NCBI RefSeq assembly: GCF_006345805.1 | Contig: NC_042998.1 | Location: 30,442,001-30,506,000, forward strand | Length of the DNA: 64,000 nucleotides | From: Octopus sinensis | Taxonomy: Eukaryota | Direction of reading: 5' to 3' | The notes under the pieces: generated by a model | What the model was told of the DNA's origin: nothing | The model's database searches: none | The model's input: only the letters and a program-made list of their open reading frames with translations | Translations under genes and position numbers: made by a program | Shown here: positions 1 through 11,205 of the stretch, piece by piece | Layout: every line of letters begins with the position of its first letter | Position numbering within the stretch: position 1 is the first letter of the stretch

Positions 1-435
1 GAAACGTAAAAGACTTGTTCAATCCCTAAGCGTTATACTAATACATCTGTTTGTTTTGTACACCACCTGTTTTCGTATTTTGTTTTTTTTCGCGAACTCT
101 CCCCCTATATATGACTCGCGGGTAGTCAAAGTAGTTGTTCACAGACAACAAAGCAGTGTTGAAAATGTCGGCGGTTCAGATAGAGAAGCACGGGAGATAT
201 AAGTGTTGAGGTAAGGGAGTGGAAGTAGCAAGAGAGAAGAAAGATGTGGCAAGAGAAAAGAATTGTAGCTACGAAGGGAAATTATAATATTTCGATATTA
301 ACATAACGAGCAAAGAAACTTAACCACTATCAAGTGAACAAAAACAGGAACAATGCAAGTAAACGAAAATGTTATCAGCTCGTATACTTACAACCAGGGA
401 AATATAACAGAAAAACCTTTTGAAAAGTAAAAAAT

Positions 436-604
436 ATGGAAAGAGGAAGAACATGATATTTCATTTATTTAGTTTTCTTTTCAATAGATTTAAATATCCC
501 TGTCTACCTCTCTCACACTTCTCTGTTTGTGTTTACTGCTGTGCATGCACTTATGTGTGCATTTATTTCCAAATGATTTCACGTATATTTGTTCAACACC
601 AAAT
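436..604 (+). repeat. Direct repeat copy 1 (~170 bp), diverged copy at 1054-1219
   Basis: atggaaagaggaagaac...gtatatttgttcaacaccaaa occurs at 436-604 and 1054-1219 with scattered substitutions and indels. Confidence 0.9.
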
Positions 605-606
605 GT

Positions 607-1045
607 TAAAATGCTTCCTGTGGCTGATTTGGTGGGGTCGAAAGCAATTTTGACCCTATGGACCCAATCAGCCAAAGATCTGTTTTTTCCACATGTTCTA
701 AAGATGGCCGGTTCTAGGTATCCGGTGATTCTTGAGAGACGCACCCCCCACACACACACACAAGTGTCACCTGTGCCTGGAATCTGGCCACATAAAGAAG
801 AACTGCTCCAAGAACCAAGCAAGGGTACTGGAGCAGTTAATAGAAGAAGATCTCCCTGTCCCCCCAAGAGAGGTTCCTGAATCTCTAGCGGAGGGAAAGC
901 TAGAGAAAGTCGAGGAGGAGATAACCTCCTCGAAAACAAAAAGAAAAAAGAAAGAAGGTGGGCAACTATGGTTGCCCATCAATGGATCCTGAGGCGGGCG
1001 GTGGGAGGGAAGGAGGAACTTCCGAATATGACGGAGGAACTCTAA
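607..1045 (+). pseudogene. Retroelement ORF1/gag C-terminal remnant with CCHC zinc knuckle (L1/Tx1-like), frameshifted
   Basis: One frame reads ...KDLFFPHVLKMAGSRYPVILERR, shifts in a (CA)n run at ~750-762, then reads CHLCLESGHIKKNC (765-806, exact CX2CX4HX4C) and a charged tail. Confidence 0.7.
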
Positions 1046-1053
1046 AAAAAAAC

Positions 1054-1219
1054 ATGGAAAGAGGAAGAACATATTTCATTTATTTCGTTTTCAATTCAAT
1101 AGATTTAAATACCTCTGTCTATCTATCTCACACTTCTCTCTTTGTGTTTGCTGTTATGCATGCGCTTATGTGTGCAATCATTTCCAAATGATTTCTCGTA
1201 TATTTGTTCAACACCAAAA
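1054..1219 (+). repeat. Direct repeat copy 2
   Basis: Matches 436-604. Confidence 0.9.
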
Positions 1220-2034
1220 TGGCCGCGTAAAAATTTCTCTTGCCAAATATGCCATTTTGTTTTGTGTTTACTGGAGACGTGAAAATAGACAAACAACAAA
1301 CCCTGAGTGTGTTTATAAGCTTTATTTTGTATGCGTCATTTCAGATATAGAAATATTAGTTTTAACGCTCAGTTTCAGACCAGACAGCTCGCAAATCAAA
1401 TTTATAATCGTATCACTTAGAACGATTTATTGAAAAATTTAGATTTATTAGGTTTTAACTTTTTTAATTGTGACCACATTTGTATATTTTAGGATCGACC
1501 GTGGTTCAAGCTTGACTAATAAAATATCAATTATTTGCTTTGTCATGTAAAATCTAATATATCTTAGTGCCAAGACGTCTCGAGCCAAATTATTCTGAAG
1601 TCTCAGTGGTGCCAAATAGCTAGCGGCAACTCCTCAGCACCAAAGCATCTTTAACAACGCCCAGACCATCAACAATACTTCCAGGAAGCATTTAAAGACG
1701 ATCATTGACAGGAGACCAAGATTTCGTAATCAACTATCCGGTAAATAGTATCAGAGAACATCAAGTCCGTGCTCTAATGTATGATGAAGTAAAAAGAGTT
1801 TGAGCTGTTAAGATCCAAGTGATACTGTGATCTGGTTGAATTTCTTCCAGAACAGACTAAGGCGCCTCTATAATCTTCTCACTCTCTATTCCACTGTAGT
1901 GAAAACTTTAGCAGGGAGTGTTTCTGCCAACTCGCCATACCAGGTTGCATACAACAATTTCCCAATGGTTGTAGGATCGTGAGAAAGAAAACTAAATTAA
2001 TATCTTGCACAACTGTATTATACATATATATATA

Positions 2035-2279
2035 CTGTTGTGTCTGGGGAGAATCATTTTCTTTTTGTGCCTTACAATTTAACACACTCACCGATAAAAT
2101 TTCCACTTATTTCTTATTTTTATTTTCTTAAAATTTCGTTGCGACTTGCAACCTTTTCAATAGTCTTGAAAATTTCTAAAATTTTAGAAAATAAAAATAA
2201 GAAATAAGTGGAAATTTTACCAGTGAGTGTGTTAAATAATAAGGCACTAAAAGAGATTGCCTCTCCCCAGACACAACAG
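2035..2279. mobile_element. MITE/foldback-like element, ~94-bp inverted arms
   Basis: Arm 2035-2128 is the imperfect reverse complement of 2186-2279; the ORF track shows mirrored peptides MEILSVSVLN/MEILPVSVLN. Confidence 0.75.
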
Positions 2280-2321
2280 AATATGCTTCAACACACGAAC
2301 TCATATATAGAATCTTACAAA

Positions 2322-2367
<46 letters not shown>

Positions 2368-2469
2368 ATATAATAATAATATCAATGGGTAATCAAAAAT
2401 ATTTAAAATTTCTATTACCAGTGGGCAAGCGTGTAAAAAATTTAGTCAATAGACTATATACTATTAATC

Positions 2470-2634
2470 ATAGGATTCCTTGCACGCTAGAGAGGACAGT
2501 TAAATTCCAAACCACTATTAGAGATAAAATTTTGAATGGAATGAAATGTTTTTAATTTTTCATTCTTTACAAAATTTTATCCCTAATAGTGGTTTAGAAT
2601 TCAACTGCTCTGCCTAGCGTGCAAGGAATCCTAT
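2470..2634. repeat. Foldback hairpin, ~78-bp imperfect arms
   Basis: ataggattccttgcacgctag... pairs with ...ctagcgtgcaaggaatcctat. Confidence 0.8.
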
Positions 2635-2670
2635 TATGGATGTCTCATATGTGTTTAAATGTACACTGTA

Positions 2671-2735
<65 letters not shown>

Positions 2736-3239
2736 CAGTTATGCAAGACAATCAGTTAGCTCATTAAGTATTTATTCATTGTATATCCTTAAAAGAAATT
2801 AGTCCAGTATTCGCCATTTCCAAGTGTTCCTCTGGCGTTTTTCATCTGATGATGTTTCTTTCTCCTACATAAATCACACCACCTTATTCACTTCATAGAG
2901 ACTAAACTTCCCTCTCGACGACGGTCACCACCATCCTTATTTCTAATACTGCTTATTTCATAGTTTTAATGTATTTTCCATGCAGTGGCTTTGGTAATGA
3001 ATTATCTATCGTCTGATTATATATTTTTAATAAAACTCATTCTTTGAATTCAGCTAAAAAATTCCAAATATAGAGGGGTAAATATTTGAGTTATTTTTGT
3101 TATAAAACTTTACTTTTAACTCCCATATTTCTCACGCTTTGAAGTATCCTTCTTAGAGTTTCCTTTTACGTAAGATGATTATACACAAAAGACTTTGTAG
3201 ACTGACATTTTTTACATAAGTACTATAGATATGAACGTG

Positions 3240-3259
3240 TGTATATATATATACATAAA

Positions 3260-3318
<59 letters not shown>

Positions 3319-3457
3319 TTATGTATATGTGTGTATGTATGTATGTATGTATAAACGCGTGTTTACATGTAGTTTCAATTTCGTATATACAGACACATTT
3401 ATATATATACACATACACACTCACACACAACTCACATATATATACATATATATGTAT

Positions 3458-3501
<44 letters not shown>

Positions 3502-3562
3502 ATACATACATGCATACATACATACATACATACATACATACATACATACATACATACATACA
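3240..3562. repeat. Compound microsatellite (TA)n/(TATG)n/(CA)n/(TACA)n
   Basis: Direct reading. Confidence 0.95.
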
Positions 3563-4134
3563 TAGTGCGGCGAGCTACCAAAAATTCGCGGATCCATTAC
3601 GCGTGATGTCAGATATCTAACCAAGAATCATTTGTACTGATTCCCTATCTCTGCAACAATTCCAGACATCCTTTCTTGAATTTATAAAAAAAAAAAAGAC
3701 GCAACTTCGCAATGTCATTAATTATGAAATGCTATGGAAACATAAATATCACCACTCGTGATTAAATTTAATCCATAACTAATTTGCTTCTATAAATACT
3801 TCATTATTTCTTAATTTGGATTCCAACTTTTTCGCTGTTTTCAGGAATGTAATTAATACTCGTAATCATTTAATAATTGAGTCTTCATTTCATTAATGTT
3901 TGCACAATTTTAGGTTTTTTTTCTTTTTTTTTTCTTTCTTGTCTCAGCGATGGTTTAAACATGTCATTTTCCTCAGATGCATAAGTTTGAAAGTACCACC
4001 TGCAGTCAGAATGTTACTTTTATTCCCTTGCAAAATATAACTAAGTACGTCTATAAATAGAGAATGTGAAACGCTTTTGTCAGTCTGCCTGCATCCCAGG
4101 CATTCTCGACAGACTATTTCATTAACGGCATAAT

Positions 4135-4337
4135 ATTGGGGTCAAATTTCGGAACATTGCCAGCTATTTCGTAGGGAAAACTTCAATCGATTACATCGAT
4201 CTCCTTGCTCAACTAGTATTTATTTATCGACCCTGAAAGGCCCTCGGTAGAATTTGAACTAAGAACGAAAAAAACCGACGTAATGCCGCTAATCACTTTG
4301 TACGGTATACTAACGCCTCCACCAGCTCGCCGCCTCC
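4135..4337 (-). mobile_element. SINE family B, degenerate copy
   Basis: Reverse complement resembles the ggcggtgagctggcagaatcgttagc... head seen intact at 39351. Confidence 0.7.
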
Positions 4338-4461
4338 CACAAACTGTATGAGATTGAGCATTATCAATATTATAATACAGCAACGCTAAAAATACGCCAC
4401 ATTACTTTCACGTGACCTCTAGTTTAAGTTTGCTAATCTGTCCGGAACACTTAAATATATA

Positions 4462-4852
4462 GGCGTATATATGGCTGTGTGGTAAGTAGCTTATTTATGA
4501 ACCACATGGTTTCGGGTTCAATCCCACTGCGTGGCACCTTGGGCAAGTGTCTTCTACTATGGCCTCGGGCCGACTAAAGCCTTGTGAGTGGATTTGATAG
4601 AGGGAAACTGAAAGAATACCATCGTATATATGTATATATATGCATGTGTGTGAGTGTTTGTGTCTGCGATTGTCCCCATACAACGCTTGACAACCGATGC
4701 TGGTGTGTTTACGTTGCGGTTCGGCAAAAAGAGACCGGTAGAATAACTACTAGGCTTACAAAGAATAAGTCCTGATGTCGATTTGCTCGACTAAAGGTGG
4801 TGCTCCAGCATGGCCACAGTCAAATGACTGAAACAAGTAAAAGAGTAAAGAG
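4462..4852 (+). mobile_element. tRNA-headed SINE family A with internal (TA)/(TG) microsatellite
   Basis: A-box-like tggctgtgtggtaag and B-box-like ggttcaatccc; tail ...cagcatggccacagtcaaatgactgaaacaagtaaaagag; many copies in the window. Confidence 0.9.
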
Positions 4853-5811
4853 TATATACGACCCAAATAATACGTGTGTATTAATTTTGAGGGAAAGGGT
4901 TTTTTTTTTCGATACTTTTGTACTTGACTGGTGCCTTATTTATTGATCACAGAGGAGATGAATGATTAATTTTACCTCAACAGACTTTGGACTCAGTACA
5001 TAAATTACCAAAAAAATACCAAATTTAACCAGCTTTCCACCTTAATGAGTGTCATACAAAGTATCCGTAAACTGCATTTTCAATTTGGAAAATACAGAAA
5101 AAGAAGGAATAACTCAGCAGGTTGCATGCAATAAATGGCGCCCGCGTGGAAGGGTTCCGATGTTTCCTATAACACTTAATTTGTTTGCCTATGTTTTCTA
5201 AAACTTTTGTTGGTTTATTCTCTTTCTTTTCTCACGTTTTCAAACTGTAAACGTAATTTATGCACACCCTATATAATGCACAAACGTTGGTCTAAAACTA
5301 AATGAACTTGTGTCAAAGTTCGAAAATATTAATCATTATTATTGACAGTGGACTAGCAAAATTGTAACACAGTTAATTAAAGCTCATGTGATAGCCACCG
5401 TTAATTATTTATGTTCTTAATTTGAAATTTCATCGGTCTAGACGAACACTAGCCTCTAATCATATAATCTATCGAAATACTGACTTATTATCCCTAGATA
5501 TTTGCTGAATTGGAACTGAAAGAGCAAAGGATAGTAAATAAATGATATTATGCATTCTATATTCTCTTCCAATTATTCGATAGTGTTTCTTCCTTCAGTA
5601 AATCCACTGAGTTGCGTTTACAACCATACGAGAAACATTTATATTAGCAATTGAGTTACTGTTATTACCTTTGATCTCATAATCTGTATAGGGCATTGCA
5701 TATAAGATTATACATATAAGACTGGTTGACAGCAGTTCTTTATTTAAGAGATGAGGAATTATTTACATTATATACATTCGATGGATATTTGTCCTCATCT
5801 TGTTTGTTGTT

Positions 5812-5857
5812 AACACGGCATTTCAGTTGATATACCCTCCAGCCTTCATCAGGTGTC
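5812..5857 (-). ncRNA. Decayed minimal type I hammerhead in the pLTR
   Basis: GACAC-CUGAUGA-A-GGCUG..CAACU-GAAA-UGCC-GUGUU; stem I intact, stem II and III mutated. Confidence 0.55.
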
Positions 5858-6627
5858 TTGGGAGAAATTTTGGACCTGGGTTCTCATTCCTAAGGGATTT
5901 TTCGATATTCTTCTTCGTCTTCTTCTTTTTCTTCTTTTTCTTCTTTTTCTTCTTCTTCTTCTAATTATTATTAACATTATTGTTCAGGTCACTGCTTGGA
6001 ATCGAACTCGGAATCTTGGGGTTAGTAGACCACGTTTTTAACCACTACGCCACTATGTGAGCAATTATGGAGTGAATTTTAGGGCTTATAAATCTATTTT
6101 TCTCTCCTTCCTTAAAACCGGTTCCCATATGCTATTCATATCTGCACTCGGTCTGTTTAGGAGGTTGTGTCCTAGCATATGTGATGCTTCTTTCAGTTTT
6201 CGTATTTTCCAGTGGTGTTCTCTGTCTATTATTATAACTTCATCCCAAAGGGAGGGGTCTCCATCTTCCCATACACGATCAGCTATAACCGATTTATCAA
6301 TATTCCCCTCGTGTCACAGCTTTGAGATGTTCGTCTACCCTTATTTTGAGAGGGCGGCATGTTTCGCCTTTGTATAACCTACCACAGCTGCATATGATGG
6401 AGTACATGCAGTCTTTGGTTATATTCTCTTTTATTGGTGGTTTTACTCGAAGGAGATATTTGCGAAGTGTTGTATTACTCTTGAATACTGTCCTGATGTC
6501 ATATGAGCCGCATATATTTTGCATCTTTTTGGAGAAGCCTTTGACATAGGGTAAACAGATTGTGGACAGCTTCTTGGCCTCATCCTCTCTCTTCTTCATA
6601 ATTGAGTGGATAGTATACAACAATAAG

Positions 6628-6668
6628 CTGATGAAGGCTGGAGGATTTATCAGCCGAAATGTTGCGCT
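6628..6668 (+). ncRNA. Hammerhead core in the inverted pLTR arm, stem I partner lost
   Basis: CTGATGA-A-GGCTG-gaggatttat-CAGCC-GAAA-TGTT. Confidence 0.6.
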
Positions 6669-6834
6669 AAAAACAAACAAGATGAGGACAAATATCCGTC
6701 AAATGTAAATAATGTACATAATTTCTCGTCTCATTAATATAGAACTGTATTAACTTTTCTTTGTTCTTTTCTTCATTTCAGACACATAATAGTTTCCAAG
6801 CAGAGAATATGCCATCATTGAGATATTCTTTTCT

Positions 6835-7230
6835 TTTCTACTCCAGGCATAAGGCCCGAAATTTTTGGGAAGGGGACCAGTCGATTAGATCGACCCCAGA
6901 CGCAACTGGTACCTGATTTATCGACCCCGAAAGAATGAAATTCAAAGTCAACCTCGGCGGAATTTAAACTTAGAACGTAAAGACAGATGAAATACCTATT
7001 TCTTTACTACTCACAAGGGGCTAAACACAGAGGGGACAAACAAGGACAGACAAACGGATTAAGTCGATTATATCGACTCCAGTGCGTAACTAGTACTTAT
7101 TTAATCGACCCCGAAAGGATGAAAGGCAAAGTCGACCTCGGCGGAATTTGAACTCCAAACGTAGCGGCAGACGAAATACGGCTACGCATTTCGCTCGGCG
7201 TGCTAACGTGTCTGCCAGCTCGACGCCTTG
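6835..7230 (-). mobile_element. SINE family B, composite with internally repeated module
   Basis: Two copies of ttatcgaccccgaaa..aaagtc(a/g)acctcggcggaattt; head revcomp ...gccagctcgacgcc. Confidence 0.85.
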
Positions 7231-7761
7231 CTATCATTGAAACATTGATGAAGGAAAGTCGCTGGCTTTGCAACATCCACTGAAGGCTGTGAGTTGTTTA
7301 CGGAGGTATAAACCTGGACAGGAGCCATGTGATAAATAGATGAAGAAAACTAAAGGCATCCCTGAAGACTATGAACTATGATCAATAACATAACACGCCT
7401 GCGAGCGAGTAGAAAAAACGACGAGTCAAAATCCGCGACGGTGTTGCACAACTGGACTGTGGACATAATACTTTAGAGAATATAATAGAACAATTTCGGT
7501 ATTATATGTGAAAACAAATCAGGTAAATGAGCTGCTGCGGCTCGATTTGTAAAAAGGGACAGAATTCTGTTCTTATATGTTCGAAGCATTTGAAATTAAT
7601 GAACATTAGCTTTTGTTTGTTTTTCTTTCTTTCTTTTTTTTTTTTTGATCTACTTGCAGGGTGTGAGATGAAGTTTCAATCCTTGATTATGAATACCTTA
7701 ATGTCGGAAAACACTCAAGATATAATTAAAAGAAGTAGTATATACAATGATATCAAATTTT

Positions 7762-7970
7762 GGCACAAGACCAGCAAGTTCGTAGGAGAAGACTAGTCGA
7801 TTGCATCGATCCCTGGTATCCCTGGTCAACTGGTACTTATTTTATCGACACCGAAACGATGGAAGGTAAAATCAACCCTGGAGGCCTTTTTTAATGCAGA
7901 TCATAAAGACGGGCGAAATACTGCTATGCATTTTTTTGGCATGGTAAAGATTCTACCTGCCCCGCCGTCT
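7762..7970 (-). mobile_element. SINE family B, degenerate
   Basis: caactggtacttattttatcgacaccgaaacgatggaagg similarity. Confidence 0.7.
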
Positions 7971-7982
7971 TGATATGTATTA

Positions 7983-8547
7983 TTGGATTGCCAGGAAAGT
8001 GCGTGCCGATTTTTAAAGGAAAGAAAAAGGTCAATAAATACTTGCCATTACATTTTTAATCAACCAAATATGAACCATTTTGTTCACAATGCATTTCCAT
8101 CTTTCCTTTAACTTGAAAATACCCTCTTCCCAGAATTGAGGTGGTTTCATAGCAAAGAATTTATCAAGGTATCTTTTTACGTCATCTAAGGAATTGAAAT
8201 TTTTACCATTAAGACTCTTCTACAGAGACCTGAATAAGTGGAAATCCGAAGGAGCAATATCTGGTGAACATGGAGGGTGCGGTAACACATACCAGCCGAG
8301 CTACAGCAATTTTCGACTGGTTCCCAAAAGATCAAGTGCCGAAAATGAACTTTCTTATCTTCCATTTTAAAGGGTTACAGAATTAACACAGGTTATAGGA
8401 ACATAAACCTTCTTCCACGAAAAGACAGCTTAAACTGTGTTCGAAATGGAGGTGTAGTCAAATCCTATTTTATGGACTCAAACATGTTCCAAAATAAGTC
8501 GAAAGGTAAGCTACTATAAATCGGCAAGAACTTTCCGGACAACCCAA
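7983..8547 (-). mobile_element. Internally deleted mariner with both TIRs and TA target duplication
   Basis: TIRs ttggattgccaggaaagtgcgtgccgattt / aaatcggcaagaactttccggacaacccaa flanked by TA; minus strand VLPHPPCSPDIAPSDFHLFRSL..SLNGKNFNSLDDVK is a mariner C-terminus. Confidence 0.88.
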
Positions 8548-8922
8548 TAATATATTAACTGAAGCATTACTTTAAAGAAATAAGAGTACAAGCGTTTATC
8601 AATTAACATATGAAAAACTGACTCACCGTATCTTGATAAAATTTACATACAAATACCAATATTTTAATATCTCAACATAATTCGTAGCATATTGCTGTAA
8701 ATAAATCATATCAAACATACGAATGATAAATGAGCTAGGCTATCATAAAGCGGAAAACTACAGCTAAATATGATGTGGTGAAATCAGAAATTATGAAAGT
8801 GTGATACCGTGTAATTGAATACTGTGAATACAGTCATGTATTTTCTATATGCACACACATACACAGACACACGCACACATTCATAATACATAATACATAC
8901 ATGCATACATACATGTGAGAAT

Positions 8923-8955
<33 letters not shown>

Positions 8956-9209
8956 GGTACGTGTGTAGGCATGTATAAGTATGTTTATGTTTGTGTTTAT
9001 GTTTAGAATTAATAAAAACAATTTTGCATTCATCTGATGGATTGCTTTATACTTTTGCACAGTGCACAGTTCAAATTTATCATTTTTAAACAAGAATGTT
9101 CTTGATTTTAACTTCGAAGTTTCCGCCATTTAAACAGTACGATGATACCTTAGCAGTCTGGCACATCGAAGTGACTGCCAAGAACAATCTTGCATAAGAA
9201 TGGGATAAT

Positions 9210-9249
<40 letters not shown>

Positions 9250-9257
<8 letters not shown>

Positions 9258-9456
9258 ATCCAAGCATGAAAACACAAAGAGAAAACACAACAACACGAAG
9301 ACGTGGAACAAGTATAGTATTACTGGACGCTCAGGAAAGGAAGGAAAGAAGGAGGGTCTAACGTTTCGAGCGGAGCTCTTCATCAGAAACATAGGAAAAG
9401 GAAAGATTCTAAGAAGGGAAGACGGAGGAAAAAAATCGCCAACGGTACACACGCGG

Positions 9457-9458
<2 letters not shown>
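9250..9458 (-). mobile_element. ~210-bp hammerhead-bearing mini-element between (TA)n tracts; second copy at 53138-53338
   Basis: Near-identical sequence at 53138-53338; contains the HHR fold below. Confidence 0.8.
9356..9390 (-). ncRNA. Minimal type I hammerhead
   Basis: GUUU-CUGAUGA-A-GAGC-ucc-GCUC-GAAAC-GUU/AGAC; stem III has no loop, which is the dimer-type arrangement. Confidence 0.7.
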
Positions 9459-9501
<43 letters not shown>

Positions 9502-9503
<2 letters not shown>

Positions 9504-9632
9504 CTCTCTTGCTTGTTTCAGTCATTTTGACTGCGGCCATTCTGGAGCACCGCCTTTAGTCGAGCAAATCAACCCCATGATTTATTCTTTGTAAGCCTAG
9601 TACTTATTCTATCTGTGTATTTTGCCGAACCA
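9502..9632 (-). mobile_element. SINE family A 3' fragment
   Basis: ttgtttcagtcattttgactgcggccattctggagcaccgcc. Confidence 0.85.
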
Positions 9633-10413
9633 GATATATCAATGTTATATTGCGCCACCAAACTAAGATAAATACACAGAATACGCATGCGCCATACAAA
9701 CAAGATAAGTACAAGTTTAATGGCCCAAATTCGCAAGTGATGAAGTGGCGTTCAAATTCCGGAGGTAAAGTTTTCAGAAATAAAATTCGTCAAAGCTCAA
9801 AGAGGCAATACATGTGTCAACATCCATTCATAGCCAACTGATGGTATTGAGTCCGTAAATGTCGATGTAACTGAATCTAGAAGCCTATTCCAAATAAACT
9901 GCAATAATATGACCCTTAAATATTGAAAACCCAAATAAAAAGAGATGAAAATGGTACATAGTTGTGTTCTTAATGTAACTGTTGTTTAAACGGAAAGTGT
10001 TACTCTTATATACATATACATATATTTTTATGTGATATTAACCACTCTAACATTTAATGGGGTGGAATTTCTTTCCCATTTGTCCCTTAAAGCATCTTGA
10101 TTAAGAACCCAAATATGGCTACAAACTATAAATCCCACCAAAAATTTGTTTTCTCTTTCTAACTCCCAGCAAACATTCTTTTTAATATTTCTAACATTTG
10201 ATAAGATGGATACATCGCAATCGGTTATATGCTATTAAACATTCTCTAAAATATACTTCTGTGCCTTTTTTTATCAATAATTTTTGATTTGTATGGACTC
10301 CTAACCACTTTTCATCTATATATACGTATTTATATACATATATATGTGTGTATGTGTGTGTGTATGTATATTATATATACTGTATATATACGTGTATACA
10401 CACACACACACAC

Positions 10414-10447
<34 letters not shown>

Positions 10448-10475
10448 GGAAAAAAGCAACAAGAATGGATTAAAA

Positions 10476-10563
10476 TCTCGGTACGATTGTTTCGTACGAG
10501 GACATCTTTAATAAGCTACAAAAAATGCAATGAATACAGATGGCTCGTACTCGTCAGCCGAAA
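10476..10563 (-). ncRNA. Type I hammerhead ribozyme, intact core
   Basis: UUUCGG-CUGACGA-GUACGAG-(43 nt)-CUCGUAC-GAAAC-AAUC-GUA/CCGAGA: 6-bp stem I, 7-bp stem II, 2-bp stem III, GUA cleavage triplet. Confidence 0.88.
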
Positions 10564-11117
10564 AAATATCAGAGAATTCCCAAACATCAAAAGGGGTAGA
10601 TACAAAAGAGGTTGTAGGATTAACTGCATTGAAGAAAGTTCGATTCATGGAGATCCGATGAAAGGTTTTAAACCTATAGAATTTATGCATGTCTACATAT
10701 AGCTCATATTGAATATTTGATCAAGTTGTATGAAGAAATGTTCGGATACAGTCATGCAAAATTTCTGAAAATCCAAGTAAGAGGCAAAGTGACTGCCACA
10801 TCATGTAGAGGAAAGACTGAGTAAAAACATAGTGACTGTCATGCCGTGTAGAGGAACAGATTGTTATTGAAATTAACAAGAATCGCAGATAAGTTCGATT
10901 TTTTTTGAGATCTGATGAAAAAGTCTTGAACTTACAAAATTTGTGTATGTCCTTATAGTTCGTAATCCAGTTTTGTGGAGGGATTTAGGGTACAATCATG
11001 CGAAAATATCAGGGAGTCCGAATGAGAAGCAAAAATGACAGTCTTATATTGTAGTGGTTCAGGTAGTTATTGATGTTTGGGAATTCCCTTTTGATCTTTG
11101 GGAATTCTCTGATATTT

Positions 11118-11205
11118 TTTCGGCTGACGAGTACGAGCCATCTGTATTCACTGCATTTTTTGTAGCTTATTAAAGATGTCCTCGTACAAAACGATCGTAC
11201 CGAGA
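11118..11205 (+). ncRNA. Mirror hammerhead with G12A core change (AAAAC instead of GAAAC)
   Basis: TTTCGG-CTGACGA-GTACGAG...CTCGTAC-AAAAC-GATC-GTA-CCGAGA. Confidence 0.75.

Larger units (their letters stand above)
5720..6750 (-). mobile_element. 5'-truncated Penelope-like element: GIY-YIG endonuclease remnant, 3' pseudo-LTR, inverted pLTR piece at the 5' junction
   Basis: Minus ORF 6297-6680 reads TICLPYVKGFS...CMYSIICSCGRLYKGETCRPLKIRVDEH, continuing out of frame as ...WKIRKLKEASHMLGHNLLNRPS; ~5735-5852 is the reverse complement of 6628-6748. Confidence 0.9.

Noticed and set aside
1-110. GAAACGTA-AAAGAC at the window start, possibly the 3' half of a hammerhead
   Set aside because: The CUGANGA half and stem I partner would lie outside the window, so it cannot be assessed.
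1778-1845. ATGATGA as a snoRNA C box
   Set aside because: No terminal CTGA D box or closing stem.
2800-3060. Minus-strand KPLHGKY, reminiscent of R4/Dong ORFs
   Set aside because: A single short motif with no supporting flanks.
10487-10702. Overlapping 71-aa and 60-aa ORFs in the tandem unit as a viroid-like coded protein
   Set aside because: They are short, overlap the ribozyme arm, and show no recognisable domain or coding signal.
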